The notes under the pieces: generated by a model | What the model saw: only the letters and a program-made list of their open reading frames with translations | The model's database searches: none | What the model was told of the DNA's origin: nothing | Source: Bacteroidales bacterium UBA1714 | GTDB taxonomy: Bacteria; Bacteroidota; Bacteroidia; Bacteroidales; Paludibacteraceae | Reading direction: 5' to 3' | Assembly (NCBI GenBank): GCA_002317295.1 | Contig: DCIY01000030.1 | Location: 2,640-66,639 of the forward strand | Length of the DNA stretch: 64,000 bases | Part shown: positions 26,630 through 37,817 of the stretch, piece by piece | How positions within the stretch are numbered: the stretch's first letter is position 1 | Layout of the letters: the number at the start of each line of letters is the position of its first letter | Program-made: the position numbers and the translations under genes

Positions 26630-29224
26630 ATGATTGACAACGACAGAATTATTCCTGTGAAGATTGACGAGGAAATGCGTTCCTCGTACATCGATTATTC
26701 GATGAGTGTGATTGTTTCTCGTGCCTTGCCCGATGTGCGTGATGGCTTTAAGCCTGTTCATCGTCGTGTGCTTTTCGGCATGAATGAGTTGGGTAACACT
26801 TCCGACAAACCGACCAAGAAATCCGCACGTATTGTGGGTGAGGTAATGGGTAAGTTCCACCCTCATGGTGACAGTTCTATTTATGGTACTCTGGTGCGTA
26901 TGGCACAGCCTTGGGCAATGCGTTATTGTCTGGTTGATGGTCAGGGTAACTTTGGCAGTGTGGACGGTGATGGTGCCGCTGCCATGCGTTATACGGAGGC
27001 CCGCCTGTCCAAATTGGCAGAAGAGATGCTTCGCGATATCGAGAAGGATACCGTGGATATGCAGAATAACTTTGATGATTCGCTCAAGGAACCCACGGTG
27101 CTTCCTTGCCGATTCCCCAATCTGCTGATTAATGGTGCCTCGGGTATTGCCGTAGGTATGGCCACCAATATGCCTACCCATAATTTAGGCGAGGTAATAA
27201 ATGGTTGCGTAGCCTATGTAAACAACCGCAAGGCCCGCATTGCAGATGCCAGTTTGGAGGAGATTACTGTCGCCGAACTGATGGAGTTTATTAAGGCTCC
27301 GGATTTTCCGACTGGTGGTACCATCTTTGGTTATCAGGGTGTACGCGATGCCTATGAGACTGGTCGTGGTCGTATTGTCATTCGTTCCAATGCGGACATT
27401 GAGACCGAAGATAATGGTCGTGAACATATTGTGATTACGGAGTTGCCTTACGGCGTGGTGAAGTCCGATTTGGTGAAGAACATTGCCGAACTGGTGAGCG
27501 ATAAGAAAATCGAAGGTATATCTGAAATCTCTGACCAGTCTAAGCGCGATATCCGTATCGTGATTGAGATTAAGCGCGATGCCAATGCGCAGGTGGTGCT
27601 CAATAAGCTGTATAAATATACCGCATTGCAGTCCAGCTTTAGCGTCAACAGTATTGCTTTGGTTAAGGGACGTCCGATGTTGCTCAACCTGCGGGATCTG
27701 ATTGCCAATTTTATTGACCACCGCATGGAGGTGGTGACCCGCCGTACGCGCTTTGATCTAAAGAAAGCAGAGGAGCGTGCACATATCTTGGAGGGCTTAA
27801 TCATTGCCGTGGATAATATTGACGAAGTGGTAGCTATCATCAAGCGTAGTCGCACACCTCAGGATGCACAGACCTGTTTGGAAATGCGCTTCGGCATTGA
27901 TGCCCTTCAGTCCAAAGCCATTGTGGATATGCGTTTGGCTCAGTTGACGGGTCTGCAGGTGGATAAACTCAAGGCCGAATATGAGGAAATTGAGAAATTG
28001 ATTGCCCACCTGAATGAGTTGCTCAACAGCGAAGTAATGCGTTATGATTTGATTAATGAGGAGCTCGAAGAGATTAAAGATAAATATGCCGATGAGCGTC
28101 GTACCCAAATCGTGAAGATGGCTACGGAGTTCAATCCTGAGGATATGTATGCTGATGACGATATGGTCATCACCATTTCTCACCTGGGTTATATCAAACG
28201 CACACCCTTGGCAGAGTTCCGTCAGCAGGCACGTGGAGGTATAGGCACCAAGGCCAGCTCCAGCCGTGATGAGGACTTTATCGAATATGTACATCAGGCT
28301 TCCATGCACTCGACGATGATGTTCTTTACCGATAAGGGCCGATTATATTGGATCAAGGTTTATGATCTTCCGGAGGGCAATCGCCAATCGAAGGGTAGGG
28401 CCATTCAGAATATTATTAACCTCGAAAAGGGCGATCGCGTACGCACATTCATCAATGTCAAAGGACTCAATGATGCTGAATATGTCAACAATCACTACCT
28501 GATCTTTGCCACTAAGAATGGTCTGATGAAGAAAACCACGTTGGAGGCGTACTCGCGTCCTCGTGCCAATGGTATCAATGCGGTTGGTTTGCGTGAAGGC
28601 GACGAACTGATTGGGGTTACGCTGACCGATGGTCATAGCCAGATGCTGATTGCTTCGTACAATGGTAAGGTGGTTCGTTTCCCGGAAGACACCGTTCGTC
28701 CTATGGGCCGTACGGCTACCGGTGTGCGCGCCATTCGGTTGGAAGAGGATGGAGCGGATCGTGCTATCGGAATGATTTGCATCGAACCCGAAAGCGACAA
28801 GACCGTTCTGGTAATTTCAGAACATGGATTTGGCAAACGCACCATGCTGGATGATGCAGATGGTGAACCTATCTATCGTATCACCAACCGTGGCGGTAAG
28901 GGTGTTAAGACCATGAATATCACCGACAAAACTGGTAACCTGATTGGACTCCACGCTGTAAGCGATGAGGAAGACCTGATGCTGATTACCAAGGCAGGAA
29001 CGGCTATCCGTATGCCTATGAACACCATCAGCGTACTCGGTCGTGCCACTCAGGGTGTTAAACTCATCGAACTCCAGAAACGCAACGATACACTGATGTT
29101 TGGTTGCACCGTTCCAAGAGAAGAGGAGGATAACGTAAACGACGGGCAAAGTCCTAACGTAGACGCAAACGAAAACGTAGACGCAAACGAAAACGTAGAC
29201 GCAAACGAAAACAATAACCAATAA
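26630..29224 (+). CDS. gyrA: DNA gyrase subunit A
   Basis: [29 protein letters not shown], active-site region [12 protein letters not shown]-terminal beta-pinwheel repeats. Acidic tail carries (NVDANE)x3. Confidence 0.97.
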   Translation: MIDNDRIIPVKIDEEMRSSYIDYSMSVIVSRALPDVRDGFKPVHRRVLFGMNELGNTSDKPTKKSARIVGEVMGKFHPHGDSSIYGTLVRMAQPWAMRYCLVDGQGNFGSVDGDGAAAMRYTEARLSKLAEEMLRDIEKDTVDMQNNFDDSLKEPTVLPCRFPNLLINGASGIAVGMATNMPTHNLGEVINGCVAYVNNRKARIADASLEEITVAELMEFIKAPDFPTGGTIFGYQGVRDAYETGRGRIVIRSNADIETEDNGREHIVITELPYGVVKSDLVKNIAELVSDKKIEGISEISDQSKRDIRIVIEIKRDANAQVVLNKLYKYTALQSSFSVNSIALVKGRPMLLNLRDLIANFIDHRMEVVTRRTRFDLKKAEERAHILEGLIIAVDNIDEVVAIIKRSRTPQDAQTCLEMRFGIDALQSKAIVDMRLAQLTGLQVDKLKAEYEEIEKLIAHLNELLNSEVMRYDLINEELEEIKDKYADERRTQIVKMATEFNPEDMYADDDMVITISHLGYIKRTPLAEFRQQARGGIGTKASSSRDEDFIEYVHQASMHSTMMFFTDKGRLYWIKVYDLPEGNRQSKGRAIQNIINLEKGDRVRTFINVKGLNDAEYVNNHYLIFATKNGLMKKTTLEAYSRPRANGINAVGLREGDELIGVTLTDGHSQMLIASYNGKVVRFPEDTVRPMGRTATGVRAIRLEEDGADRAIGMICIEPESDKTVLVISEHGFGKRTMLDDADGEPIYRITNRGGKGVKTMNITDKTGNLIGLHAVSDEEDLMLITKAGTAIRMPMNTISVLGRATQGVKLIELQKRNDTLMFGCTVPREEEDNVNDGQSPNVDANENVDANENVDANENNNQ
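29156..29209 (+). repeat. Perfect 3 x 18-nt in-frame tandem repeat (NVDANE)x3 in the gyrA C-terminal tail
   Basis: aacgtagacgcaaacgaa repeated three times with no mismatch. Confidence 0.95.
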
Positions 29225-29236
29225 ACAACCATCAAT

Positions 29237-30484
29237 ATGAAGAAAGTATTATTTTTGGCTGCTTTGGTGCTCATGAGTGCCGGCAGTTTTGCTCAAAAGA
29301 AAAATGTGGCTACGGCTCGTAATCGTGCTTTAGCAGAGGATAACCCTGATTTTGTAGGAGCCCGTGAGGCCATCAACGAGGCGTTGGAAAATGAGGAAAC
29401 GAAGAATCTGCCGAATACATATTATGTTGCCGGTTTGATTGGATTCCAGGAGAATGTGTCCATGCGTAATGCCTCCTATCTGGGACAGAAAGTGGATCCT
29501 GCTAAGAAGGCTGCTGTGCTGAACGAGGCTTATGGTTACTGGATGAAAGCCATGCAACTGGCCAAGGAGCCTATCGGTTATGATAAGAAAGGCAAACCAC
29601 AATTTGATAAGACGACCGTTCGCGACATTACCAACAAAATGGCGGAGTGGTTTACGAATGCCGATTTTTACTTCGTAGGATTGGATGCTTATAATGCCGG
29701 TGACTACAAAGGTGCTTATGATGCGTTTATCAAGCATGTGAACATGCCGGAACTCCCACAAATCAAGGAGAATGCTAAAGCACTGAGTCAAATGCTGGTG
29801 GATTCAACGTTCTACCAAATCAAGTACTACACCGGAGTGGCTGCCGTTCAGGCAGAAATGCACCCGGAGGCTATTGCTGTGTTTGAGTCCCTAAAAGATA
29901 AGGAGGTAGAACCCATTCGTACGTATCTGAATCTGTACAACGAATATGTGATCATGAAGGATACCGCTAAGTATGTGGCTTTGTTGGAAGAGGGTATGAA
30001 TAAGTTCCCGGAGGAAATAGCATTCTTGCAGTACTTGATTAACCACTACATCTATTCCAACCAAATGGAACAGGCCATTGCTTATCTGCAACAGGCTATT
30101 AACCGCGAACCCAACAATGCCCAATATCTGTGGATCATGGGTAACCTCAAGGCCAATGAAAATAAGTTTGACGAGGCTGTCGAAATGTACCAACGTGCCA
30201 TTGCTGCCGATTCCAATATGGCGGACGCACATGCAGGTATTGGTCGCGTGTACTGCAACCAGGCACGTGTGTTAAGCGAGCAGTCGGAGAACATGAGTGG
30301 TGCTGATCTCCAGAATTTGTACAAGCAAATGGATGAACTGTACCACAAGGCTCTGCCGTACTTTGAGAAAGCATTGGAGCTCAATGGAGAAGAACGCGAC
30401 TACCAACGCGTACTCTATATGTTGTACGATCGCTTTAATATGAGCGATAAGTTGCAGAAAATCAGTGCTTTATTAGGTTACTAA
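29237..30484 (+). CDS. Tetratricopeptide-repeat protein, secreted
   Basis: Signal peptide MKKVLFLAALVLMSAGSFA. Helical TPR-like repeats (e.g. AIAYLQQAINREPNNAQYLWIMGNL, AVEMYQRAIAADSNMADAHAGIGRVY). Confidence 0.65.
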   Translation: MKKVLFLAALVLMSAGSFAQKKNVATARNRALAEDNPDFVGAREAINEALENEETKNLPNTYYVAGLIGFQENVSMRNASYLGQKVDPAKKAAVLNEAYGYWMKAMQLAKEPIGYDKKGKPQFDKTTVRDITNKMAEWFTNADFYFVGLDAYNAGDYKGAYDAFIKHVNMPELPQIKENAKALSQMLVDSTFYQIKYYTGVAAVQAEMHPEAIAVFESLKDKEVEPIRTYLNLYNEYVIMKDTAKYVALLEEGMNKFPEEIAFLQYLINHYIYSNQMEQAIAYLQQAINREPNNAQYLWIMGNLKANENKFDEAVEMYQRAIAADSNMADAHAGIGRVYCNQARVLSEQSENMSGADLQNLYKQMDELYHKALPYFEKALELNGEERDYQRVLYMLYDRFNMSDKLQKISALLGY

Positions 30485-30486
30485 TC

Positions 30487-30909
30487 ATGGGCCGTATTCT
30501 GGCTATAGACTACGGAAAAAAACGAACAGGATTAGCCGTTACGGATATGCTCCAAATAACGGCTAATCCTTTGCTTACTATTGCCACGTCGGAATTGATG
30601 GCGTGGTTGACTCAAGAGTTGGCGAAAGGGGAGATAGAAAAAGTGGTGATTGGTCATCCCACCCAAATGAATGGACAGGATTCGGAATCGATGGTGTATA
30701 TACAGCCGTTTATCAATTGGTTTCACAACCATTTTCCGACTATTCCACTCATTGAGTACGATGAACGATTCACTTCCGTTTTGGCCCATCAGGCCATGAT
30801 CGCCTCAGGTATGTCCAAATCCAAACGAAGGGACAAATCGCAAGTGGATAAACTTGCCGCTACCATCATTTTGGAAGACTATCTTTCCTCGCTACTTATT
30901 AATCGTTAG
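30487..30909 (+). CDS. ruvX: Holliday junction resolvase-like nuclease RuvX (YqgF)
   Basis: ILAIDYGKKRTGLAV N-terminal motif. 140 aa, YqgF length and pattern. Confidence 0.85.
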   Translation: MGRILAIDYGKKRTGLAVTDMLQITANPLLTIATSELMAWLTQELAKGEIEKVVIGHPTQMNGQDSESMVYIQPFINWFHNHFPTIPLIEYDERFTSVLAHQAMIASGMSKSKRRDKSQVDKLAATIILEDYLSSLLINR

Positions 30910-30947
30910 GACATTGTCCGATCGTTAATCGCTACACATTACACGCT

Positions 30948-31502
30948 ATGATATTACCTATCTACTTATATGGTCAACCGGCATTGCGCAAACCGACCGA
31001 AGAAGTGCCTGCGGATTTCGCGGAACTGCCTCAGTTATTGGAAGATATGCAACAAACACTTACCAGTGCCGAAGGTTGTGGATTGGCGGCTCCCCAAATA
31101 GGGCGCTCGCTGCGGTTGTTTATTGTTGATGGCACGGAACTGGGAGAAGATTATCCTGACTGTGTGAACTTTCGTCAGGCGTTTATCAATCCTGAGATTG
31201 TTCAGGAAAGTGAAGAAACCAGTGTGTACTCTGAGGGTTGTCTCTCTTTGCCGGGAATCAGTGAAAATGTGGAACGCCCGCGAACCATTAAAGTGCGTTA
31301 TCAAAGTCCTGATTTTCAATGGCATGAAGAAGAGTTTACGGACTTTAAGGCCCGTATTGTATTGCACGAGTATGACCACTTGGAGGCGCATGTGTTTACT
31401 GATCGTATCTCGCCCATTCGTAAGCAGTTTGTGCGGGGTAAACTGACGAATATTGTCAAAGGAAAAACCATACCTCGCTACCGCTTTAGAAAAAATAACT
31501 AA
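30948..31502 (+). CDS. def: Peptide deformylase
   Basis: All three signature motifs are present: GCGLAAPQIG, EGCLSLPG, HEYDHLE. Confidence 0.9.
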   Translation: MILPIYLYGQPALRKPTEEVPADFAELPQLLEDMQQTLTSAEGCGLAAPQIGRSLRLFIVDGTELGEDYPDCVNFRQAFINPEIVQESEETSVYSEGCLSLPGISENVERPRTIKVRYQSPDFQWHEEEFTDFKARIVLHEYDHLEAHVFTDRISPIRKQFVRGKLTNIVKGKTIPRYRFRKNN

Positions 31503-32060
31503 GTGGACCTATTATCTATTTGCCTTATTGCCGTCGGATTGGCCATGGACTGTTTTGCAGTGTCCGTGAGTCAGGGCATATGTGTGAATCAGTGGAATCC
31601 GAAGATACTACTGATGGCCTTGTTGTTTGGCCTGTTTCAGGGTGGTATGCCCCTGATTGGTTACTATGCCGGTTCTTTGTTTGCTTCCTTCTTTTCACGT
31701 TTTGCTCCCTGGATCGCGTTGGCGTTGCTTGCTTATATAGGTGGTAAAATGATTTGGGAGTCGTTTCACAAACAAGAAGAGATTTGTCATCGCTCTCCTT
31801 GGGAAATAAAGCACCTTTTGGTATTGGCTGTAGCTACTTCCATTGATGCGTTGGCTACGGGTGTCATATTTATTCCTGTTCCCCAAAGTCTATGGTTGGG
31901 CATCAGTATCATTGCACTTGTATCCTTTCTGTTTGCTCTGTTGGGTTATGGGATAGGCGTACAAGTGGGTAAACGGTTTACGCTCAATGTGGAAATGATA
32001 GGAGGTATTATATTGATTATCATTGGATTAAAGATATTTATTGAAGGTATATGTTTCTGA
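31503..32060 (+). CDS. mntP: Manganese efflux pump MntP
   Basis: Six-TM protein with the duplicated MntP motifs LAMDCFAVS and SIDALATG. GTG start directly after the def stop. Confidence 0.75.
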   Translation: MDLLSICLIAVGLAMDCFAVSVSQGICVNQWNPKILLMALLFGLFQGGMPLIGYYAGSLFASFFSRFAPWIALALLAYIGGKMIWESFHKQEEICHRSPWEIKHLLVLAVATSIDALATGVIFIPVPQSLWLGISIIALVSFLFALLGYGIGVQVGKRFTLNVEMIGGIILIIIGLKIFIEGICF

Positions 32061-32641
32061 TTGGAGAGAATACCCTCGTATCACTCGATGTGCTGGAAAA
32101 AGAGTTTTGTTGTGACCTGGAAACTTGTCACGGATGTTGCTGTATCGAAGGAGATGCGGGTGCTCCCATTACGCCTCAGGAGTGTGAAACCATTACTCAA
32201 TGGCTGCCCGAATTGCTGCCTCAAATGACCCCTGAGGCACGTGCTGTGGTGGCACAACAGGGATTGTCTTATACCGATCCATCAGGAGAACAAGTGCTCA
32301 GTATCGTGAATGATAAAGATTGTATCTTTGCACGAACAGATCATCATGGTTGGTGTTATTGCCTGATTGAAAAAGCATATCGTGCAGGAAAAATGGATTT
32401 TATCAAACCCATATCCTGTCACCTCTATCCCATACGTCTGACGCAGGTGGGGGACAAAATCGGGGTGGAGTATCATAGATGGGATATTTGTCACTGTGGT
32501 CGCCAATTGGGACATAAACAACATATTCCCCTTTACCGGTTTTTGCGGGAACCCCTTATTCGAAGATTTGGTCAAGCATGGTATGATGAATTGTGTTTGA
32601 CCGCTCAGGAATGGGAAAAACAATGCAATTCGCCGTCATAA
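32051..32641 (+). CDS. DUF3109-family Cys-rich protein
   Basis: N-terminal pattern TLVSLDVLEKEFCCDLETCHGCCCIEGDAGAP and later cysteines, typical of Bacteroidetes DUF3109. Confidence 0.6.
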   Translation: MFLIGENTLVSLDVLEKEFCCDLETCHGCCCIEGDAGAPITPQECETITQWLPELLPQMTPEARAVVAQQGLSYTDPSGEQVLSIVNDKDCIFARTDHHGWCYCLIEKAYRAGKMDFIKPISCHLYPIRLTQVGDKIGVEYHRWDICHCGRQLGHKQHIPLYRFLREPLIRRFGQAWYDELCLTAQEWEKQCNSPS

Positions 32642-32662
32642 AGCAGAATATTGATTAAAAAA

Positions 32663-32694
32663 CTTGCATAATTGAAAATAAAGTTGTAACTTTG
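32663..32694 (+). promoter_or_regulatory. Promoter: CTTG-N20-TAACTTTG (acyl-CoA ligase operon)
   Basis: CTTG at 32663-32666, TAACTTTG at 32687-32694. Confidence 0.6.
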
Positions 32695-32738
32695 CGCATT
32701 GTTACCAACATTGAACCATATTAATAACGGATAAGACT

Positions 32739-34412
32739 ATGCTTACTGCAAAAGAAGATAACCTTATTTACATGTACGAGCGCGCACTACGCACGTATTG
32801 GGACATGGATGCCGCTTCGGATTATGGCACAACCAAAACCTTTACTTATAAGCAACTTGCGGAGCAAATCACCCGCTTGCATTTTTTGTTTAAACGTGCT
32901 GGAATCAAAACCGATGACCGCATTGCTGTCATGGGGCGTAATAATGTCAATTGGATATCCATTTATCTGGCCACAATAACCTATGGTGCCATTATTGTTC
33001 CCATTCTTCAGGATTTTAAAGCCAATGATGCATTGCATATTGTCAACCATAGTGGCAGCCGCATGCTCTTTATTACCGATGCCATCTGGGAAGGACTGGA
33101 TCTGGATCAGATGGAAACCATTGAAATGGTATATTCTTTGACGGATTTCCATACTTTGGCTACCGTGCATACACATCACGATTATTCGTTTGCCAAGGCA
33201 GAAGACGATTTTCAGAAAAAATATCCCAACGGCATGACCCCTGAGGATGTCCATTTTAAGGAACGTTCCAACAAAGAGGTGGCCAGCATCAACTATACCA
33301 GTGGAACCACGGGTTTCTCCAAGGGTGTGATTACTCCATGCAATGCATTGGCAGGGAATGTGCATTTTTCGCTGACGACCCACAAAGTGTTCCCGGGATG
33401 CCGAATGGTGGCCTTTCTTCCCCTGGCTCATGCCTATGGTTGTGCCATTGACTTCTTGTCCACCATCGCGGCCGGTGGCCATGTCCATTTGATTGGCCGC
33501 ACTCCTGCACCTAAGATTCTGTTGCAGGCGTTTGCAGAAGTCAAACCGACGGTCATTATGTCCGTCCCGCTGATTCTGGAAAAGATATACAAAAAAATGA
33601 TTGCCCCCCAAATCGCCAAGGCTCCGGTAAGTTGGGTTCTCAAGGTTCCGTTCCTGGATACGGTGGTGCTCAATAAGATTCGTCAGCAACTCATGGACGC
33701 CTTTGGTGGCGAATTTGCTCAGATTGTGATTGGCGGTGCCCCGCTCAATGCAGAAGTGGAGTTGTTTTTACACCGTATTCGTTTTCCGTTTGCCGTCGGT
33801 TATGGCATGACCGAAACGGCTCCGATGATCAGTTATACCTGGTGGGAAGATTGGAAACTCGGTTCGTGTGGTAAGGCCCTTCCGGGACTGATGGATATTA
33901 AGATTGATCATCCCAATCAGGATGGAGTGGGAGAGATCTTTGTCAAAGGAGAAAATTTGATGTTGGGTTATTATCGCAACGAAGAAGCAACGCGTGCGGT
34001 ATTTACCAAAGACGGATGGTTGAAGACAGGGGATCTTGGATATATAGACGAAGATGGATTCCTGTTTATCAAAGGACGCAACAAGACCATGCTTCTCGGT
34101 CCCAGTGGACAAAATATCTATCCGGAAGAGATAGAGGCCAAACTCAATAATATGCCTTATGTGATGGAATCGCTGATTATCCAAAATGAAGATAAACTGA
34201 TTGCTTTGGTTTGCCCTGATTATGAAGCGGTAGACCAGGAACATCTCAATACCGAAGGTCTGGAAGCTGCCATGGAGGAAAATCGCAAAACGCTGAATGC
34301 AGAGTTGGCTGCCTATGAACAGATATCTCAATTCAAACTCTATCCGCATGAGTTTGAAAAAACACCTAAGCGCTCCATTAAGCGTTTCCTGTATACGCAA
34401 ATGAATTCATGA
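32739..34412 (+). CDS. Long-chain-fatty-acid--CoA ligase (AMP-binding family)
   Basis: AMP-binding motifs YTSGTTGFSKGV, GYGMTETAP, TGDLGYIDEDGFLFIKGRNK. Promoter at 32663-32694. Confidence 0.85.
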   Translation: MLTAKEDNLIYMYERALRTYWDMDAASDYGTTKTFTYKQLAEQITRLHFLFKRAGIKTDDRIAVMGRNNVNWISIYLATITYGAIIVPILQDFKANDALHIVNHSGSRMLFITDAIWEGLDLDQMETIEMVYSLTDFHTLATVHTHHDYSFAKAEDDFQKKYPNGMTPEDVHFKERSNKEVASINYTSGTTGFSKGVITPCNALAGNVHFSLTTHKVFPGCRMVAFLPLAHAYGCAIDFLSTIAAGGHVHLIGRTPAPKILLQAFAEVKPTVIMSVPLILEKIYKKMIAPQIAKAPVSWVLKVPFLDTVVLNKIRQQLMDAFGGEFAQIVIGGAPLNAEVELFLHRIRFPFAVGYGMTETAPMISYTWWEDWKLGSCGKALPGLMDIKIDHPNQDGVGEIFVKGENLMLGYYRNEEATRAVFTKDGWLKTGDLGYIDEDGFLFIKGRNKTMLLGPSGQNIYPEEIEAKLNNMPYVMESLIIQNEDKLIALVCPDYEAVDQEHLNTEGLEAAMEENRKTLNAELAAYEQISQFKLYPHEFEKTPKRSIKRFLYTQMNS

Positions 34413-35152
34413 ACCTGTGTATCGATCAAGGCAATTCGCGTACCAAAGTAGCTGTGTTTGAAACGGATGGTACGATGGTGAAGAGTTTTATCTATAGAAC
34501 CTTCGCTGCTGCCGATATCGTCCGGTTATGTGCTCTGTATCCCATTCAGGACAGCATCATCTCATCCGTTGTGCACCTTGAACCCTCTGTGGTTAATACA
34601 TTACAACGTTTGTCTCGTCGTTTTATCCTGTTTGACCACTCAACTCCAGTGCCTATTATCAACGATTATGAGACCCCCGTTTCGTTGGGCCTGGACCGAT
34701 TGGCCGCCGCCGTGGGTGCAACTCATCTCTGTCCTAATGAGAATCTGCTTATTATAGATGTGGGTTCGGCCATTACATACGACTATGTGTCTCACGAAGG
34801 GCATTATCTGGGTGGAAATATCGCTCCTGGGATTAAAATGCGTCTCACTTCTTTGCACCAAATGACCAAACTGTTGCCTCTTGTCGAAGTGGAAGAAAAT
34901 ATGCTTATGCCCTTGTTTGGGCGCAATACCCGCGATGCCATTATGGCCGGCGTTATTCGTGGCATAGGATTTGAAGTAAAAGGGTATATGCGTACACTTG
35001 ACGAACGGGTGGAGCACTATCAGACCATTCTCACCGGAGGTAATGCCGGCTTCGTTCAGCGCAACGTTTCCGCTCCGATGCTTTTGGAGAAACATCTGGT
35101 GCTGATAGGACTTAACCGAATTTTAGAATATAATGGTTCACTCAATCAATAG
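34409..35152 (+). CDS. coaX: Type III pantothenate kinase
   Basis: LCIDQGNSRTKVAVF, IIDVGSAITYD, GGNIAPG. ATGA overlap with the upstream gene. Confidence 0.85.
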   Translation: MNLCIDQGNSRTKVAVFETDGTMVKSFIYRTFAAADIVRLCALYPIQDSIISSVVHLEPSVVNTLQRLSRRFILFDHSTPVPIINDYETPVSLGLDRLAAAVGATHLCPNENLLIIDVGSAITYDYVSHEGHYLGGNIAPGIKMRLTSLHQMTKLLPLVEVEENMLMPLFGRNTRDAIMAGVIRGIGFEVKGYMRTLDERVEHYQTILTGGNAGFVQRNVSAPMLLEKHLVLIGLNRILEYNGSLNQ

Positions 35153-35159
35153 AAGAATA

Positions 35160-36377
35160 ATGAATCGATTTCGAATCTGTATATCGTTGATACTTTTCCT
35201 AATGATGACGGTAGGACTGAGGGCGCAAAATGTGACTTCTTCTCCTTCCTCTCGTTTCGGTTACGGAGAACTGCAGGATCATATTCCAGTGGCCTATCGG
35301 GCGATGGGTGGCGTAAGTACCGGCATGCGTTCCAACCGCTATATCAATCCATCTCAACCCGCATCCTATACCGCCTGCGACTCCACATCGTTCCTCTTTG
35401 ATGTGGGAGCCGGATGTATGTGGACTCATTACAGTGATGCGAATGGCCATAGAAATATATTTAATGGTAATCTTCAGTATGTTTCTGTGGCTTTCCCTAT
35501 TTATAAACAGTGGATCTCGTTTGCAGCCGGTGTATCTCCTTATTCGTCTATGGGATACTCGATGGTTAAGGTGGATTCCGTAGGAGGACATGTCTATGGC
35601 GCCACATATGCCGGATTGGGCGGCATCAGCCAAATATATGGCGGATTGAGTTTTAATATCCTCAACTGGGTGGCATTGGGCGCCAACTTCTATTATATGT
35701 TTGGTCAAATTGCCAATACTTCCAGTCTGATTTTTACCGAAAGTGGTCTGAATTCGTCGATTATGTACAAGCAGTTCACAGCTTCCGCCTGGCGCTTCCG
35801 TTATGGTATCCAGTTCTTCCATACGTTTGCAGACAAACATACCATCATCCTGGGTGGAACGTTTGAAAATAAACGACCCATGGGAGGGGAATACCTGCAG
35901 TATGAACTGCAGACGCTGGACTCTGTTCGAGTAACCGATACGGGTTTTGAAACCCCCATGTCCTATTCCGCAGGCCTCAGTTACAGTTATGCCCAACGGC
36001 TCACGGTGGCAGTGGATTATGCGCGCTCCTGTTGGTCGGATGTTCAGTACTTTGGACAAAGTGGCAAACTGCGCGACCGTCAGACGCTCAGTTTCGGTTG
36101 CGAATATCGACACAATCCCATGGGACGCAACTATGCCCAACGCATGATGTGGCGTGCAGGTGCCAAACTGATCGAGTCTTATGTGACCACCAATGGCAAA
36201 ATGGACTTTACAATTTCGGCCGGTTTTGGTTTGCCGTTGCGTACTTCCATGTCCATGGTCAATGTGGGACTGGAGTATGAACGTCGTAATTCCATGGCCA
36301 ATATTACCGAAAATTGCCTGTTACTCACCGTAGATGTGGCCATTAATGAAAACTGGTTCTTTAAACGCAGATTATAA
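35160..36377 (+). CDS. Hypothetical outer-membrane beta-barrel protein
   Basis: Signal peptide LFLMMTVGLRAQ, then SPSSRFGYGEL. Alternating aromatic/glycine strands throughout. Alternative start at 35133. Confidence 0.5.
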   Translation: MNRFRICISLILFLMMTVGLRAQNVTSSPSSRFGYGELQDHIPVAYRAMGGVSTGMRSNRYINPSQPASYTACDSTSFLFDVGAGCMWTHYSDANGHRNIFNGNLQYVSVAFPIYKQWISFAAGVSPYSSMGYSMVKVDSVGGHVYGATYAGLGGISQIYGGLSFNILNWVALGANFYYMFGQIANTSSLIFTESGLNSSIMYKQFTASAWRFRYGIQFFHTFADKHTIILGGTFENKRPMGGEYLQYELQTLDSVRVTDTGFETPMSYSAGLSYSYAQRLTVAVDYARSCWSDVQYFGQSGKLRDRQTLSFGCEYRHNPMGRNYAQRMMWRAGAKLIESYVTTNGKMDFTISAGFGLPLRTSMSMVNVGLEYERRNSMANITENCLLLTVDVAINENWFFKRRL

Positions 36378-36410
36378 TACAATTATAGATCCAAAAACAA
36401 CTTAATTATT

Positions 36411-37817
36411 ATGAACATTAAATCTCTATTTGCTCTTGCCCTTTGCGCCATCATTCCTATGGCTGTGTTGGCTAAGAAAACCAAAGTGGAAGAAGAAGTG
36501 GCTCCTGTCGTTGAGGAAGTTCCGACTCTCAGTGATGAAGATTGTGCCATCCAATTGTCCCTCATGTCGGAAAGTGTTAAAAACAAACAGTATGACGATG
36601 CGTATCAACCCTGGTGGACTTTGTATACCAGTCGCCCTGATTTCAACAAAGCTATCTATACCCAGGGCAGCAAGATTATCGAGTGGAAACTGATGAAGGC
36701 TGCCGTACCTTCGGAACGTATGCAATGGCGCAAGATTCTCATGGAGTCTTATGACAAACGTATCCAATATTTCGGTAACGATGCCAAATACCCCAAGGAT
36801 TACATTTTGGGCGAAAAAGGTCTGGCCTATATTGAAAACTATCCGGAAGATAGTGTGAAAGAGTGTGCACACGATTGGCTCAAGCAGTCTGTTCAAGCCC
36901 TCACAACCAATTCCAAAATATCTGTCCTCACTGCGTTGTTTGAGACTTCGTACTATATGTATCGTTCCAATCCGGACAAGTACACCAATACCATCATGGA
37001 AGATTATGGCTTGGTCAGTGGTATTCTCCAACAAATCAACGATAATCCTTCGTCCAAATTTGCTACCGCCGCTGCGCAACAAAAAGAGTATATTGACAAC
37101 CTGTTTGCGGTATCCGGTGCTGCTGATTGTGATAAACTCGATGAACTCTATGCTGAATATATCCAAACCAATGCTAATTATCTGGAAGATATGCTGAAGG
37201 TGATCAAACTGTATCGCCGTGTCAGTTGCACCAGTTCGGAAGTTTATTTTGCAGCCGCCGCTGCTGCTCACAAACTCGAACCTACCGAGGAGTCCGCTGC
37301 CGCATGCGCCAGCATGTGCAAGAAGAGAGGCGATTGGGAAGGTGCCATTAATTATTACAAAGAGGCCTTGGATCTGATGGACGAAAATTCGGATACTCAG
37401 GATCGTGCGGATTATCTGTACAACATCGCACTGATTTCGATGGACAAACTGAAAAACTATCCTTTGGCACGTACGATGGCGCGCTACTCGTTGGAAGCTA
37501 ATCCTGCTCAGGGACGTTGCTATATTCTGATTGGTTTGTGCTATGCCGCCACCCATCCGTTCAGTGCGTCTATCGTTGGCGAAGCCAAAGCGGCTATTCT
37601 CAACAAGACCGTTTATTGGGCAGCAGTAGATCAGTTCCAAAAGGCTAAACAGGTGGATCCTACTTGCGTGGAGACTGCCAATGAAATGATTGCTTCGTAT
37701 TCCAAGTATTTCCCCACCAAAGAAGAGATGTTTGATCTTCCTAACGAATTAGGTGGTGAGTTCTTTATTGTAGGTGGTTGGATCAATGAACGTACGGTTT
37801 GCCGTCCTGCTAAGTAA
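36411..37817 (+). CDS. Hypothetical secreted helical-repeat (TPR-like) protein
   Basis: Signal peptide ALCAIIPMAVLA. All-helical 468 aa with a TPR-like segment (GAINYYKEALDLMDENSD...YLYNIALISMDKLKNYPLARTMARYSLEANPAQGRCYILIGLCY). Confidence 0.5.
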   Translation: MNIKSLFALALCAIIPMAVLAKKTKVEEEVAPVVEEVPTLSDEDCAIQLSLMSESVKNKQYDDAYQPWWTLYTSRPDFNKAIYTQGSKIIEWKLMKAAVPSERMQWRKILMESYDKRIQYFGNDAKYPKDYILGEKGLAYIENYPEDSVKECAHDWLKQSVQALTTNSKISVLTALFETSYYMYRSNPDKYTNTIMEDYGLVSGILQQINDNPSSKFATAAAQQKEYIDNLFAVSGAADCDKLDELYAEYIQTNANYLEDMLKVIKLYRRVSCTSSEVYFAAAAAAHKLEPTEESAAACASMCKKRGDWEGAINYYKEALDLMDENSDTQDRADYLYNIALISMDKLKNYPLARTMARYSLEANPAQGRCYILIGLCYAATHPFSASIVGEAKAAILNKTVYWAAVDQFQKAKQVDPTCVETANEMIASYSKYFPTKEEMFDLPNELGGEFFIVGGWINERTVCRPAK

